From assembly GCF_030028105.1 (NCBI RefSeq), contig NC_092379.1, positions 63,066,008 to 63,130,007 on the forward strand: a stretch of DNA of 64,000 bases. The letters are read 5' to 3'. Positions 49,740-62,900 of the stretch are shown one piece after another. This stretch comes from Mobula birostris (Eukaryota). A program made the translations under genes and the position numbers. Below the pieces are notes generated by a model. It had not been told where the DNA came from and did not search any database. It was given only the letters and a program-made list of their open reading frames with translations. Each line of letters begins with the position of its first letter. Position 1 is the first letter of the stretch.

Positions 49740-52305
49740 GTAAGATTACTCAAAGACAAAGGAAGGATTTTTATAGCTGGAGCATAAGAAACTGGTTAAG
49801 ATACTAAATGAGTACTTTTCATCACTGTTCTCCAAGCAGAAGGAAATGGGTGATAGTGGCATCAGGAAGGAATATGCAAATATTTTGCAGTAATTAATAT
49901 CAAAGAGAGTGGTGGAGTCCCTTAAAGAGCATTAAAGTGGCTAAGATCCCAGGGCCTGATGGGATCTATGCCAGGTTATCGAGAGATAAATTACTTGTAC
50001 TTCTTTATCCTCTAGCCACAGAGAGGGTCACAGAGGACTGGTGAATAGCTAATGTAGTGACTTTATTTAAAAACAGGGCTGTTGTCAGGGATAACTTCAA
50101 CTTCCCTACTATTGATTGGCACCTCCTTAAGTGCAAGAGTTTTCAGTAGAGCAAAATTTGTTCTGTGTGTCCAGGAACAATATTTTGACAGGCTGACTAG
50201 AGACGAGACCATGCTGGATCTACAAGCAGGAAACAAATCTGGTCAGGTAACAGGTCTCTCGGTAGGCTAGCATTTTAGAGACAGTGACAACTCCTTGACC
50301 TTTAACATAGCCTTGGACAAGACTGTATGCAAAATATTGTATTAGTGGAGGGATAATTACGATGCTATAAGGCAGGAACGTGGGAGCATAAACTAGGAAC
50401 AGATGTTCTCACAGAATGTACAACAGAAATGTGGAGATTGTCTACAGAGCACTTGCACAGAGGTTTTGATAGGTTTATCTTATTTAGACAGGGTAAGGTT
50501 GGTAGGGAGGAAGAACGATGGTTGACAAGAGATTTGGAACATTTAGTCAAGGGGGAGAAGGAAGCATATTTCAGGTTTAGAAAGCAAAGATCTTGAGAGT
50601 AAAAGGGAGCTAGAACAGGAGCTGAGAAAGTCTTGCTGAGTAAGATTAAAGAAAACCCCGAGGCTTTCTACATATAGTATGTCGAAGCCCGATGGCCACA
50701 GCCTAGAGTCTGGAGCTGGAGACATTGAGACCTGTCTTGGAATTGGAGGATGGTCCACACATGTAGATGGGTGGGAGGGAGGAAAGGGGATTGTTTTGCT
50801 GATTTTTTTTTTGCTTGTTGTGTTCTGCTTAGTTGCATTCTCTGTTGTTCTGTTGAGCATACTATGTTGGCGCCAGATTGTGTACCAACATTGCGCCTAG
50901 CATATCCTTCAGTTGTGTTGGTTGTTAAAGCAAATGATGTATTTCAAAATAGGGATAATACTAGACCAGCAAGTCTTACATCAGCAGTGGGGAAAACTGT
51001 TTGAGAGGATGCTTAGAGACAAGATTTACAAGCATTTGGATAAGCATAGTCTAATTAGGGGTAGTCAGCAAGGCCGTACGAGGGGCAGGGCATGCTTCAG
51101 GAGTCTGAATGACTTTTTCAAGGAAGTGACAAATCAAATTGATAGAGTGTGGATTTGGTGTTCATAGACTTCAGTAAAGTGTTTGACAAGGTTCACCATG
51201 GTAGGCTCATTCATAAAGTCAGGAGGCATGGGATCAAGGAAACAGGATTTGCATGGATTCAAAAATGGCTTGTTCACAAAGGCAGAGAGAGGTAGCAGAT
51301 AGAGTGTATTCTGCCTGGAGGTCCATGACTAGTGGGGTGTTCCTCAAGGTGTCTGTCTGGCACCCCTTTTTTTTGTGCTTTTTATAAACGACTCAGTTGA
51401 GGAAGTGGAAGGATGGGCAAGTAGGACTGCAGTTAATATGGAGGTTTGTGGTGTGTTTGATAGTGTAGAAGATAGTCTTAGGCTACAATGGGTCATCGAT
51501 AGGATGCACAGCTGAGCTGAGAAGTGACAGGTGGAGTTCAATCCAGAAAAGTGTGAAGTGATAAAGTGTCAAACTTGAGTGCGAAGTACAAGGTTAATGG
51601 CAAGAGTCACTCTTCCTTCAGTTAGTCCTGACGAAGGGTCTCGGCCTGAAACGTCGACTGCACCTCTTCCTAGACATGCTGCCTGGCCTACTACGTTCAC
51701 CAGCAACTTTTATGTGTGTTGCTTGAATTTCCAGCATCTGCAGAATTCCTGTTGACTACCATGAATTGATGGCTTTGTGACCAAGTTTGTGCATGATACA
51801 AAGTTAGGCAGAGGAGCAGATATTGTTGAGGAAGCAGGAAGTCTGCAGAAGGACTTAGGCAGATTGCGAGAATAGATAAAGAAATGCCAGATGGAATACA
51901 ACCTAGGGAAGTGTACTGTCATGCACTTTGGTAGGAGTAAAGGTGCAGACTATTTCCTAAATGGGGACTGAATTCAGAAATTGGAGTTGCAAGAGGACTT
52001 GGGAGTTCTAGTAGTTGGATTCCTTGAAGGTTAACTTGCAGGTTGAGTCAGTAGTAAAGAACGCAAATGTAATGCTAGCATTCATTTTGAGCAAGGATGT
52101 AATGTTTAGGCTATATTAGACATTTATCAGACCACAGTTTTGGGCCACATATGCAAGGAAGGATGTGCTGGTACTGAAAAGGGTCCAGAGGATGTTTACA
52201 AGGATAACACTGCAATGAACGGGTTAATGTACAAGTGAGTGTTTGATGGCTCTGGTCCTATACTTGGAGTTCAGAAGAATGAGGGGAGACCTCGTTGATA
52301 CATGT
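49740..52305 (+). mobile_element. Cluster of rearranged CR1 ORF2 fragments
   Basis: IPGPDGIY, RPASLTSAVGK, DFSKVFDKVHH, GVPQG, KFVHDTK and LEFRRMRGDL relics. Confidence 0.8.
51624..51660 (+). ncRNA. Minimal type I hammerhead ribozyme motif within a roughly 150-bp Penelope pseudo-LTR fragment (51607-51753)
   Basis: Identical to 27019-27055. Confidence 0.7.
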
Positions 52306-54244
52306 CTGGAAAGTCTGAGAGTTCAGCACTCAGAGAGTTGAATTATCAATTTCTTTTTTCTCTTTATGTTTGAATACTTTCCTATCCTTAAGTGCCCTGG
52401 AGCTGATAATTTTCTACAGGGTATCTTAAATATTTGCATCATATTTAAATTAAATAAAATCACTTTGTGTTTGAAATTCTAAGCCTGAGCCAACATCTAA
52501 AAATACAAGAATGAGAGCATAAGGACATATGAGGAGGAATAGGATACATTACTCGTTGAGTTTGTATCACATTTAAGTAAGATCATGGTCAACCTGACTC
52601 AATTTTCCCTCCCAATCTCAATACATCCATGATTCCCTTTTGTCCAAACATCTCTTTCTGCTTTGAATGTATTCAAAGATAGAGCCATCAGCTGTCCACT
52701 TATAGAGAATTCCACAGGATAATCGTCCTTAGAGAACAATTCCCTTTTGGTTCAGTTGGTTTGACATTTCTCTAATCGATGCTACCATATTAGGTTCTCA
52801 TTCTGTGCCATTACATTTTGTTGTGGCACTTATATCAAATAACTTCTGAATATCCAAATTTATTGTATCTATGAGCTCTCCCTTATCCATGCTGGTTGTT
52901 ACATCCAAATAGAACTTCACTAAATATGTCATTCAGCATTACTCCCTCATGTAATCATCTTGGCTCTGCTTAATTGTTTTAGAAATTTACCTGCAACTAT
53001 TTCCTGAATAACAGTCTAGTTGGAAGTGAGAGGAGGAGAAAGACAGAATTGGAGGCTGTGTTTCATAAAAATCAAGAAACTTAACAGGTGAGACTGGCCT
53101 TTATTTGTGTTTGGGAGTCAGAACACAATTTATACAGAAAAAATATATGAAGTGAAGAAGAAGAAGAATTAGAAAGGTATTTATTGGCAGAGAAACTTTG
53201 ATAGGAACCTTCTTACTTTGGGCACCATATTCAGCTTCAGTTTCTTTCAATATAGTAGTAGTCAACTTAACGTTTACCTAAAAGCTCAGTCAATGTTGAT
53301 GGAATCAAGTGGGAAATATTGTAGCATTTGGAATGTAATGTACTAAATGATAAAATTATCAGCTCTGAGTACGAGAAAGACAAATCAGAGCATCTTCTCA
53401 ATGCTTAAAACTGTTCCAGAGACACAAAGTGATTCAATGTATCTCTAGAGTTTGGTGTAAAAAAATGTAGATGCTGAGAAATGGTTGATTCATTTTGAAC
53501 AAGGGGTCTTAATTGGATCAAGGCCATTTAAGGGTAAAATCAAGCAGCATGTTTTCACGAAAAAGGTTAGCAGGAAATTGGGATTCAGTAATATGGGCCT
53601 GTAGATGTTGATGACAATTAAACATTCAAGATTAATATTGTTTGAAAGGATTCAAGGTATCAACAGATATGAATCAAGGACACATGAAACATTACTGGGG
53701 TGATCACCTGTGATCTAGCAGAATGACTATGTGTACTGCAGATTAGACTGATTAGAACATAAAATCTTTTATTCAAAGACAGGTGAAATGCAGAATGCAT
53801 TCCTGGTTTAGTGGAGAGGTGGTCTCCTCAAGTTGGTAGTAAAAAAACAATTGCTGAGAAATTAACAGAGCAATGCTCCTTCTCACAGAACCCTGCAATT
53901 ACTCTCACCATTTCCCCACCTCCAAAACATGCACCCATAATTTGCAAATCTAGTTCATTTTTTCCAGAACAACACTCTGGAAGTTTGACCTGGTGTATCC
54001 AGAGCAGGATCATCCTTGCAATTTGTCAGGGGTGCACATGTTGATAGTATTACACATGTAACACAAAATATCTAACTTCATAAGAGAATTGGAATTATTT
54101 TGTACAAAGAGCAATCATGACTGAGTGCATTAGGGAGCAACTCTTGCAGCACCTGAATTTTCATCCGGCCTTCTTGTCAATATCCTCTAATCTACCATCT
54201 ACCACTCCTCTTTTCAATTCAGCCATGACCAGAGATATCATTGT

Positions 54245-55220
54245 CAGAATCAGGTTTACTATCACTCGCCTATACTGTGAAATTTGTTGGTTTTGCAGCA
54301 GCAATACACTGCAATACATAATAATAAAAACTGTAAAGTATACACACACACACATTTAATTTAACATTTTAAATATATGTAAGTAGTGCAAAAAGAGAGA
54401 AAAAAAGTAGTGAAGTAATGTTCAATGGCCATTCAGAAATCTGATGGCAGAGGGGAAGAAGCTGTTCCTCCTGAATCATTGAATGTGTGTCTTCAGGCTC
54501 CTGCACCTCCTCTCTGATGGTAGCAATGAGAAGAGGGCATGTCCTGGTTGAAGGGGGCCCTTAACGATGGATGTCACCTCTTTGAGGCTTCACTCCTTGA
54601 AGTTATTATCCTGGATGCTGGGGAGGCTGTTCCCCTTGATGGAGCTGACTGAGATTACAACTTTCTGCAGTGTATTTCAATCCTGTGCATTGCTGCCCCA
54701 TACCAAATGGTGATGCAGCTCCATCTTCTCTGCCTTGAAGGACTCAGCAGTCCTATCTTGGCGGTGAATCGTAAAGCCAGTGAGCTGAATCACTGTGTTC
54801 AGAATGACGGGGCATAACCAAGTTTCAGTGAAACAGAAAACACAACAGTCTGATGTCCCTCTGGTACAGCAATCTTGCTCTGAGGTCTTGGATTTTATTT
54901 TCCAGAGACTATACATTTCCCAGCAGAATACACGGTAGTGGAAGTTGGAACTCTTTTCTCCTTAAACGAACTTTTAAACCAGCACAGAATCGTCTCTTCC
55001 ACTGTCTTATAGGGGAACCAAACCTGCAAGGCGGAGACTGCCGTCTGAGGTTCATCGACTTTTAGTGCGATAGATTTTTTTAAACACCTTAAAAAGATGC
55101 TACCATATTGTCCATGGCTATAGCTGTGGATTTCAGCTGTACCAGTCTAAAACAGGAACACTTGAAGATTTCCATCAAACCTGCTGGCACGAGTCGCCTT
55201 TTTATTGGCACCACCGGAAT
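54245..55220 (-). mobile_element. Internally deleted Rex1-like LINE (5' end and endonuclease start joined to 3' tail)
   Basis: CCVFCFTETWL...GFTIHRQDRT (ORF 54677..54916) is fused near 54720 to CITIWYG and tail sequence; the RT is absent. Confidence 0.75.
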
Positions 55221-55714
55221 ATGTCTCCAACTGATCCCTAACACCCAGACACAACTCCCTTAAATCCCAAAAGGTACTGGAAACTCCTTGATAACTCCTT
55301 CAAAACCAATCCCCCAAAAAAGCAGACAGTACCTGGTTTTGATTTCCAACCTGCACTCCTCCATTCAACCATCTGAACTATAAGCCCAACTACACTTATT
55401 GCTGTTGCCCAACTCAAAATTCAGCAGCATATTATCAAACATCAAGTGGTGGAACACCTGATTAGTCTTAATTGGTTTGGGTTGGTCTGCAGGGAGGAGG
55501 TTGCAATAAGTCACCATGTACTGGTACCATCTTTAATTATTGTGCCATGTGATTTTACAGTGGAGGGTGGTAGTGTCAACAACTGAAACAGTGATGCTGT
55601 CACTTCTAGGCCCAAGTAAAACTGTTAGAACAGTAGTGCAGATAGCAGTAAAGAATAGTGAGAAATTATATTGACAATGAGAAAGCTTTCCCCCCAAAAA
55701 AATCATTAAATTGT

Positions 55715-57130
55715 CTGCAAACAAGAGGAAATCTGCAGATGCTGGAAATTCAAGCAACACACATAAAAAATGCGGGTGAACGCAGCAGGCCAGGCAACAT
55801 CTCTAGGAAGAGGTACAGTCGGCGTTTCGGGCCGAGATCCTTCATCAGGACTAACTGAAAGAAGAGACTGTAAGAGATTTGAAAGTGGGAGGGGGAGGGG
55901 GAGATCTGAAATGATAGGAGAAGACAGGAGAGGGAGGGATGGAGCTAAGAACTGGAAAGTTGCTTGGCAAAAGGGATACAAGGCTGGAGAAGGGGGAGTA
56001 TCATGGGACAGGAGGCGTAGGGAGAAAGAAAGTGGGGGGGAAGCCCAGAGGATGGGCAAGGAGTTATGGTGAGAGGGACAGAGGGAGAAAAAAAGAGAAA
56101 AAAAGGGAAAAGAAAAATAATAATAATAAATAAATAAGGGATGGGGTAAAAAGGGGAGGTGGGGCATTAACAGAAGTTAGAGAAGTCAACGTTCATGCCA
56201 TTAGGTTGGAGGCTACCCAGATGGAATACAAGGTGTTGCTCCTCCAACCTGAGTGTGGCTTCATCTTGACAGTAGAGGAGACCGTGGATAGACATATCAG
56301 AATGGAATGGGACGTGGAATTTAAATGTGTGGCCACTGGGAGATTCTGCTTTCTCTGGCGGACAGAGCATAGGTGTTCAGTTTGGAGGAAGTGGGAGGAG
56401 CCAAAGGAGAAATTATTAAGAGTAAGGACTAATTCCGCTAGATGGAGGAGAGTGGTGGTAGAGGGGAACTGGTTAGGTCCGGAATCCAAAAAGAAGCGGA
56501 GAGCTTTGAGACCTTCCTGGTGGGGGATGGAAGTATATAGGGACTAGACATCCATGGTGAAAATAAAGCGGTGGGGGCCAGGGAACTGAAAATCATTGAA
56601 AAAATTCAGAGCGTGAGAAGTATCACGAACAAAAGTGGGAAGGGATTGAACAAGGGTTGATAAAACCGTGTCAAGGTATGCAGAAACGAGTTCGGTGGGG
56701 CAGGAGCAAGCTGAGACAATAGGTCTGCCAGGACAGGGAGGTTTGTGGATCTTGGGTAGGAGGTAGAAACGGGAAGTGCAAAGTGTGGGGAACTATAAGG
56801 TTGGTAGCAGTGGATGGGAGATCCCCCGAGCGGATAAAGTCAGTGATGGTGTGGGAGACAATGGCCTGGTGCTCCTTAGTGGGGTCACGATCGAGGGGTA
56901 AATAAGAGGAGGTATCCACGAGCTGTCGCTGTGCCTCGGTAAGGTAGAGGTCAGTGCGCCAGACTACAACAGCACCCCCTTATCGGCGGGTTTTATAGTA
57001 AGGTTAGAATTAGTGCGGATGGAGTGGAGAGCAGAGCGTTCAGAAGGAATGAGGTTGGATTGGGAACAAGGTGCGGTGAAGTCGAGATGCTTAATGTCCC
57101 GTCGGCAGTTAGCAATAAGGAGATTCAGAG
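55715..57130 (-). mobile_element. Penelope element, 5'-truncated and internally deleted
   Basis: LTIKPADKG, YLPLDRDPT, LVLTLNNFSF and LRLEEQHLVFHLGSLQP motifs plus pseudo-LTR. 11-bp TSD CATTAAATTGT at 55704-55714 and 57131-57141. Confidence 0.92.
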
Positions 57131-57284
57131 CATTAAATTGTACTCCAGTATTATTCTGCCATTCCAAGAAATGCAATTCTGACCTCAGCTGACTGTTTCT
57201 AGTTGGATTTGGTTCATTTTGGTACCATTCGGCTAAATACTACTACAACAACTACTAGCTACATTCCCGTCGAACAGAAAATCC

Positions 57285-57797
57285 TAAAAAGTAGTGGTTA
57301 CAGCCAGTTCATCATGGGTAAAGCCTTCCTCACTACTGAGCACATCTATAGGAAAGCAGCATCCATCATCAAGAACCACACCATCCAGGCCATGCTCTCT
57401 TCTCACTGCTAGCATCAGGAAGGTGGTACAGGAGCTTCAGGGCCCACACTATCAGGTTCAGCAACAGTTATTACCCCTCAACCATCAGGCACTTGAACCA
57501 GAGGGAATATTTTTATTTGTCCCATCACTGAACTGTTCCCAAAAAGTATGGACTCACTTTCAAGGACTCTTCATCTGGTGCTCTCAATATTTATTGCTTA
57601 TTTATTATTTTTTTTCTTTATGTATTTGCACAGCCCGTTGCCTTTTGCACATAGGTTGTTTGTCCATCCTGTTGGGTGCAGTCTTTTATTGATTGTTTTA
57701 TTTCTTGTATTTACTGTGAATGCCTGCAAGAAAATGAATCTCAGGGATGTATATGGTGACATATATGTACTTTGATAACAAATTTACCTTGACCTTT
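57285..57797 (+). mobile_element. Rex1/L2-like 3' tail
   Basis: Homologous to 40980-41535. Confidence 0.8.
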
Positions 57798-58374
57798 GTT
57801 GAGGGTGGTAAAGGGAAGCAGTCCGACATTGGTGTGAATGAATTGCAGGATAAGGAAAGTTTGAAGGCAAAGTACAGAGCTAAAGTACCTCAATGTTTCA
57901 GGTTTGCAAGATGATTGCTAGACCTACATATTAGGTAGTCATCTGGGTCTTACGCAGGAGATCAAGGCCCAGGTACAGAGTAGCCTAACCAAAACTTTAC
58001 AAGTTGTACCATAACTTCCATGCTCTTATAATTCAACACTATAGGAAGAATGTTAATGCATTGGAGAGGGTGCAGGAGTTATTTCAGTTATAAGACTCTG
58101 GATTGACTGAGTTTGGAGCAGAGGAGGGTGAGGCGGACCTGATAGAGGCATACAAAAGATGAAGGCTACAGACATGAGTACAAGTTTCTCACTATCCATC
58201 CAAACAGAGATGGTTAGAGCCTGAGGCCACAAATTTAAGGTGAAGAGTAAGAGGGTTCAAGAGGCTCTGGAGAATCTTTTTTCACCTAGATAATGATTGT
58301 AATCTGGAATGTACTGCCTGAGAAGGCAATGGAGGCTGGTATTCTGATGCATTTGGAAGTATGCGCATTGCTAC

Positions 58375-59945
58375 AATGTCTGCTACACTGGATCCTCATT
58401 GCTCAAATCAGTCCACTGATGATGTTATAGCCTCTGCACTCCATTCTGTTCTGTCCCATCTGGAAATTGGTGCCTCATACATGAGGATGCTGTTTAGTGA
58501 CTTCAGCTCAGAGTTCAATACGATCATCCCTCAGAAGCAGGTGGGTAAACTGTCCTCACTGAGTCTCAACAGCTCTCTCTGGAACTGTATCCTGGACTTC
58601 TTAACAAAAAGGCCCTTCATCGTTACGTGCCCGTCACTCTCTCCTTCAATTTAAAGTGGTCCATAGGGCCCATATGACTAAGGATAAATTGTTTCGTTCT
58701 TATTTAGACATATCTCCGTATTGTGATAAATGTAATAATGGAGAAACTTCACTCATTCATGTTTTGGACATGTCCTAGTCTTGGAAAATATTGGAAAGAC
58801 GTATTTCAAACCTTTTCAATACTTTTCCTTTGACTGCTTTATTTGGTATTGTTGGAGAAAAGGATATTATTTTGGAGCCATCTGATTTGCACATTTTGGC
58901 TTTTATGTCTCTTATGGCCAGAAGGACACTTTTGCTTAAAGGGAAAGATGTGGCCCCTCCTATTCACGCCCAATGGTTACGTGAAGTGATGTCATGTTTA
59001 AATTTAGAGAAGATTCAATGTTCACTCTTTGAACCTAATAAAGACTCTTAAAAATTGTGGGGACCTTTTCTGAATTATTTTCAAAACTTTTGACTTGCTG
59101 TTAAGGCACAGCCGATGACTAACAATCTTTTTTCTTTTTTTTTCTACTTATCAGCTTTGGTCGGTAGTGGGTTAGATTTTTTTTATATAATAAAACTATT
59201 GTTTTTCAATGTTATGAACTAATTGACCTGTACAAATATAGGGTAAGGAGTCTTTATATGCAATTTAGTTTAATTATTGACATATATATTTTTTTCCTGT
59301 ATTCTGTATTCTTATATATATAAATTAATAAAAATATGGGAAAGGCCACAGTCAGCCCTTGTTGGCAGAAACATCTCTAGCTCCACCGTGGTAAATATCG
59401 GTGCTTCTCTGATTGCATACTCAGCCTGCTGCTGTTCACTCTGCTACCCCATGACTGCATTGCTACATCTAGTTCAAACTAAACCACCGAGTTTGCTGAT
59501 GACACGATTGTGGTTGACCTAATCAACGATGACAATGATATCCAGAGAGGAATTGGAGCAGCTGACAGAATGCTGCGAACACAGCAATTTGAGTCTCAAC
59601 GTGGACAAGACCAAAGGGACGAGTGTGGATTTTAGGAAGGTGCAGGCTGACCACTCTTCACTTCACATATATGGCTCCTCAGTGGAGAGAGTTAGGAGCA
59701 CCAAGTTTCTGAGAGTGCACATTACGGTCAATCTCACCTTCTCCTTCAAGAGTAGCATTATACTATTTACTTTTTAAAAACTGTATCCTATATGCACCTT
59801 ATTATTTGTTAATTTATTTGTGGTAATATCACTGTGTATTATGTATGTGAGTTATTTGTACTGTGATGTGCAGCTTTGTCTGAAGGAATATTGTCTTGTT
59901 TGGTGGTATATGTGTGCATGGTTGAATGACAATAACCTTGAACTT
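58375..59945 (+). mobile_element. Rex1/L2-like RT fragment split by an L1-like insertion
   Basis: [23 protein letters not shown] and ILDFLT on the left continue as RPQS and FADDT on the right. Confidence 0.82.
58615..59340 (+). mobile_element. L1/Tx1-clade LINE 3' end
   Basis: [10 protein letters not shown] followed by CDKC...H.FWTC zinc knuckle; AT-rich 3'UTR with AATAAA. TSD AAAGGCC at 58608-58614 and 59341-59347. Confidence 0.8.
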
Positions 59946-60399
59946 CATGAGCACTTGAATCACCAAGCCATAGTAAGATATGCAGCAAGTGTGGGTAAAT
60001 GAGATAAATACTTGGTCAGCATGGTTATTATGGGCCAAAGGGCCTCTTGCTCTGCTATTCTATGACTCTGCCACCTTGTAATGGAGGTGAGTGGGCTGCA
60101 AGCACTTCCCTGTTGGAAATAATGAGGCAGTTCTGGACAATGAAAATCACATTCCAATTGAAATAATAAAATGTTACACTAGGGAGTGACATGAAAGGTG
60201 AAAATAATGCTGAAACCCCTCATCATATTGCACTCCTGCATCAAAACATCCTCTTTTGATTCTCATCTTTCTTATTTGATATTCAGACAAATAATTTGAG
60301 GTCAGTGCAATCACAGCACATTTTGGACTTGATTGGAACAAAATCACATACACTCCATTCAAAAATATTGGCAACACAAATACCCAGTAAACTGCATGC

Positions 60400-60960
60400 T
60401 GAGGTTTTACAAGGCATTAGTCAGACTACTTTTGGAGTATTGTGACCAATTGTGGTCCCCTTATCTAAGAAAAGATGTGCTGGCATTGGAGAAGGTCAAG
60501 GAGTTCACCAGAATAATTCCAAGAATGGAAGGGTTAACATGTGAGTAGTGTTTGTTGGCTCACTTCCTGTATTCACTGGAATTTAGAAGAATGAGGTGAG
60601 ATCTCATTGAAACCAATCGAATATTGAAAGGCCTAGATAAAGTGGATGTGAACAGGATGTTTCCTATAGTGGGAGAGTCTAGGACCAGAGGGCACAGCCT
60701 CAAAATACAAGGACCTCCCTTCAAGGGAGAGACGAGGAGGTATTTCTTTAGCCAGACAATGGTGAATTAGTGGAATTCATTACCATAGATGGCTGAGGAG
60801 GCCAAGTCATTGGGTATATTTAAAGTGGAGGTTGATAGTTTCTTGATTAGTAAGGGTATCAAAGGTTACGGGGAAAAGGCAGAAGAATGGAGTTGAGAGA
60901 AACAATAAATCAGCCATAATGTCAAATGGTCTAATTCTGCTCCTATCTCTTACGGTCTTA
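60400..60960 (+). mobile_element. CR1 3' end
   Basis: FYKALVRLLLEYCDQLWSPYLRKD; TSD-like TGCATGC at 60393-60399 and 60961-60967. Confidence 0.88.
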
Positions 60961-61370
60961 TGCATGCAAAGAACTTTTCAGATCAAACATTTATATTGGA
61001 CCCCTCTGCCAACTCCACTGACACACCCACCCACTCTACATATGTTAGATTTTCAAGATATCCAGGTATGACTTGGTTGTGATTAAGATGTCGCCACACA
61101 CTGATTTTGGAAGCTCAGAAGCACAGTCAACAGTACATAACTATTTTTGGTACAGATTACACACTGAGGTCAGGATGTGATTAAAGAAGCAGATGACCGT
61201 GCATTTTGCCATGTATCAGTCTATTTTAAGAAGCACTCAAATGTATATTGCATTTGGCCTTGTGCAAGCTCAGATTGATTTTATCAATGTCACTTAACCT
61301 TACCCAAGATAGAAAGACAAACCTATTGATGACAAGAATAATTACAAAACCACCAAAGTGACTTTCTTAC

Positions 61371-61517
61371 CTTGACAATCTCACAGTCCACATTTGACTC
61401 CATTGCGACTGCTTCTATCTTTTCTCTGCATATTGACCCCAGGCTGGTCATACCCACATCCCAATATTTTTTCAGAACAGCCAGATCATTCTCACTAAAC
61501 TGTGTACGATCCTGCAG
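61371..61517 (-). CDS. HDX: HDX coding exon, second homeodomain helices 1-2 and start of helix 3 (LQDRTQFSENDLAVLKKYWDVGMTSLGSICREKIEAVAMESNVDCEIVK)
   Basis: 147 nt, phase 0/0. Acceptor ttttctctctttaatttaag, donor AAG|gtaaga. Translation closely matches human HDX as I recall it (LQDRTQFSDRDLATLKKYWDNGMTSLGSVCREKIEAVATELNVDCEIVR). Absent from the ORF track. Confidence 0.95.
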
Positions 61518-61827
61518 CTTAAATTAAAGAGAGAAAACTTTGTATGGAGAAACAAAGTACAAATATTGCAATGAATACCTGTGGTAAAATGTTTCAAAAA
61601 TTAGGCTACTTGCAGTTCCAAATCTACAGAAACTCTACAGGCATTTGGTTGAGATAATTGACATTCCTCAGCCATGTTTGCATGAACTGTTGCTACCTTC
61701 ATGTTATCTTACAATATCCAAGATATTTTTTGTGTATAAATATAATTCCCCAATTGCAAATGCCAGTTGCTGGCACAGGATTACACTGCAGCTCAGACTG
61801 CCATCAAGCAACTGGAAGAATGTGAAA

Positions 61828-62395
61828 ACTTCAAAGTAAATTTATTATCAAAGTATGCGTATGTTCTTGCAAGCATTTATAGGGGAAAAAAATAAGAATT
61901 TTACAAAAAAATCAAGGTTGACAAACAACCAATGTGCAAAAGACAAATTGTGCAAATAAAAAGAAATACTAAGAACATTAGCTGTATGGAGTCCTGACAG
62001 TGAGTCCGGACGTTGTAGAATCAGTTCAGAGTAGTGGTAAATGAAGTTATCTATGCCAGTTCAGGAGCCCAATGGCTATCAGGTAATAGTTGTTTTACAC
62101 CAGGTGGTGTAGGACCTAAAGCTTCTGCACCTCTTGTCTGATGGTAAATGTGAGAAGAAAGTATGTAATGGATGTTGATTTCTTGCTCCAAGTAAATGTA
62201 CACAATGGGGAAGGAATGGGATGTTTTCATCCAATTCTGTAGCCTTTTCCATTCATGGGCATTTGTGTTTCCAAACCAGGCCATGATAAAGCCAGTTAGA
62301 ATACTCTCCACAAGCATTTATAGAAATTTGGCAAGGTGTTGGGTGACACGACAAATCTATACAAACTTTTATGAAAATAAAGGCTTTCTTTGAGA
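61828..62395 (-). mobile_element. Rex1/L2-like 3' fragment
   Basis: VESILTGFIMAWFGN; ttcaaagtaaatttattatcaaagta tail. Confidence 0.75.
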
Positions 62396-62484
62396 TGCTC
62401 TCAAAGGATTTAAGAGGAATCTTAAAGCTCGTCTAGCTTTCAAAAAACCCAATGACACTATGACATTAATTTTAATTTACAAGA

Positions 62485-62900
62485 AACATTACCACATGAA
62501 AACAGCATCCATCATCACTACTACTTCCACCATCCAAGCCACGCTCTCTTCTTGCTACTACCATCAGGAAGGAAACACAAGAGCCTTAGGTCCCACACCA
62601 ACAGGTTCAGGAACGACTACCCTGGAACCATCAAGCTTTTGAACCTCAACTCTGCACTGATTCCACAACCTACAGAATCAATTTCCAGAGCTCTATTTTT
62701 TACTCTAATTTATACTCTATTTTTTTTTTGCACAATTAGTCTTTTGCACATTGGTTGTTTATCAGTCTTCACTTATGTATAGTTTTTTTTTAAATAAATT
62801 CTATTGTATTTCTTTATTTTCTCATAAATGCCTGCAAGAAAATGAATCTTGATGTAGAAAATGTGACATATAGGCAGTTTGATAATAAATTTAGTTTGAC
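62485..62900 (+). mobile_element. Rex1/L2-like 3' tail
   Basis: LLPSGRKHKSLRSHTNRFRN and the conserved tail block. Confidence 0.75.
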
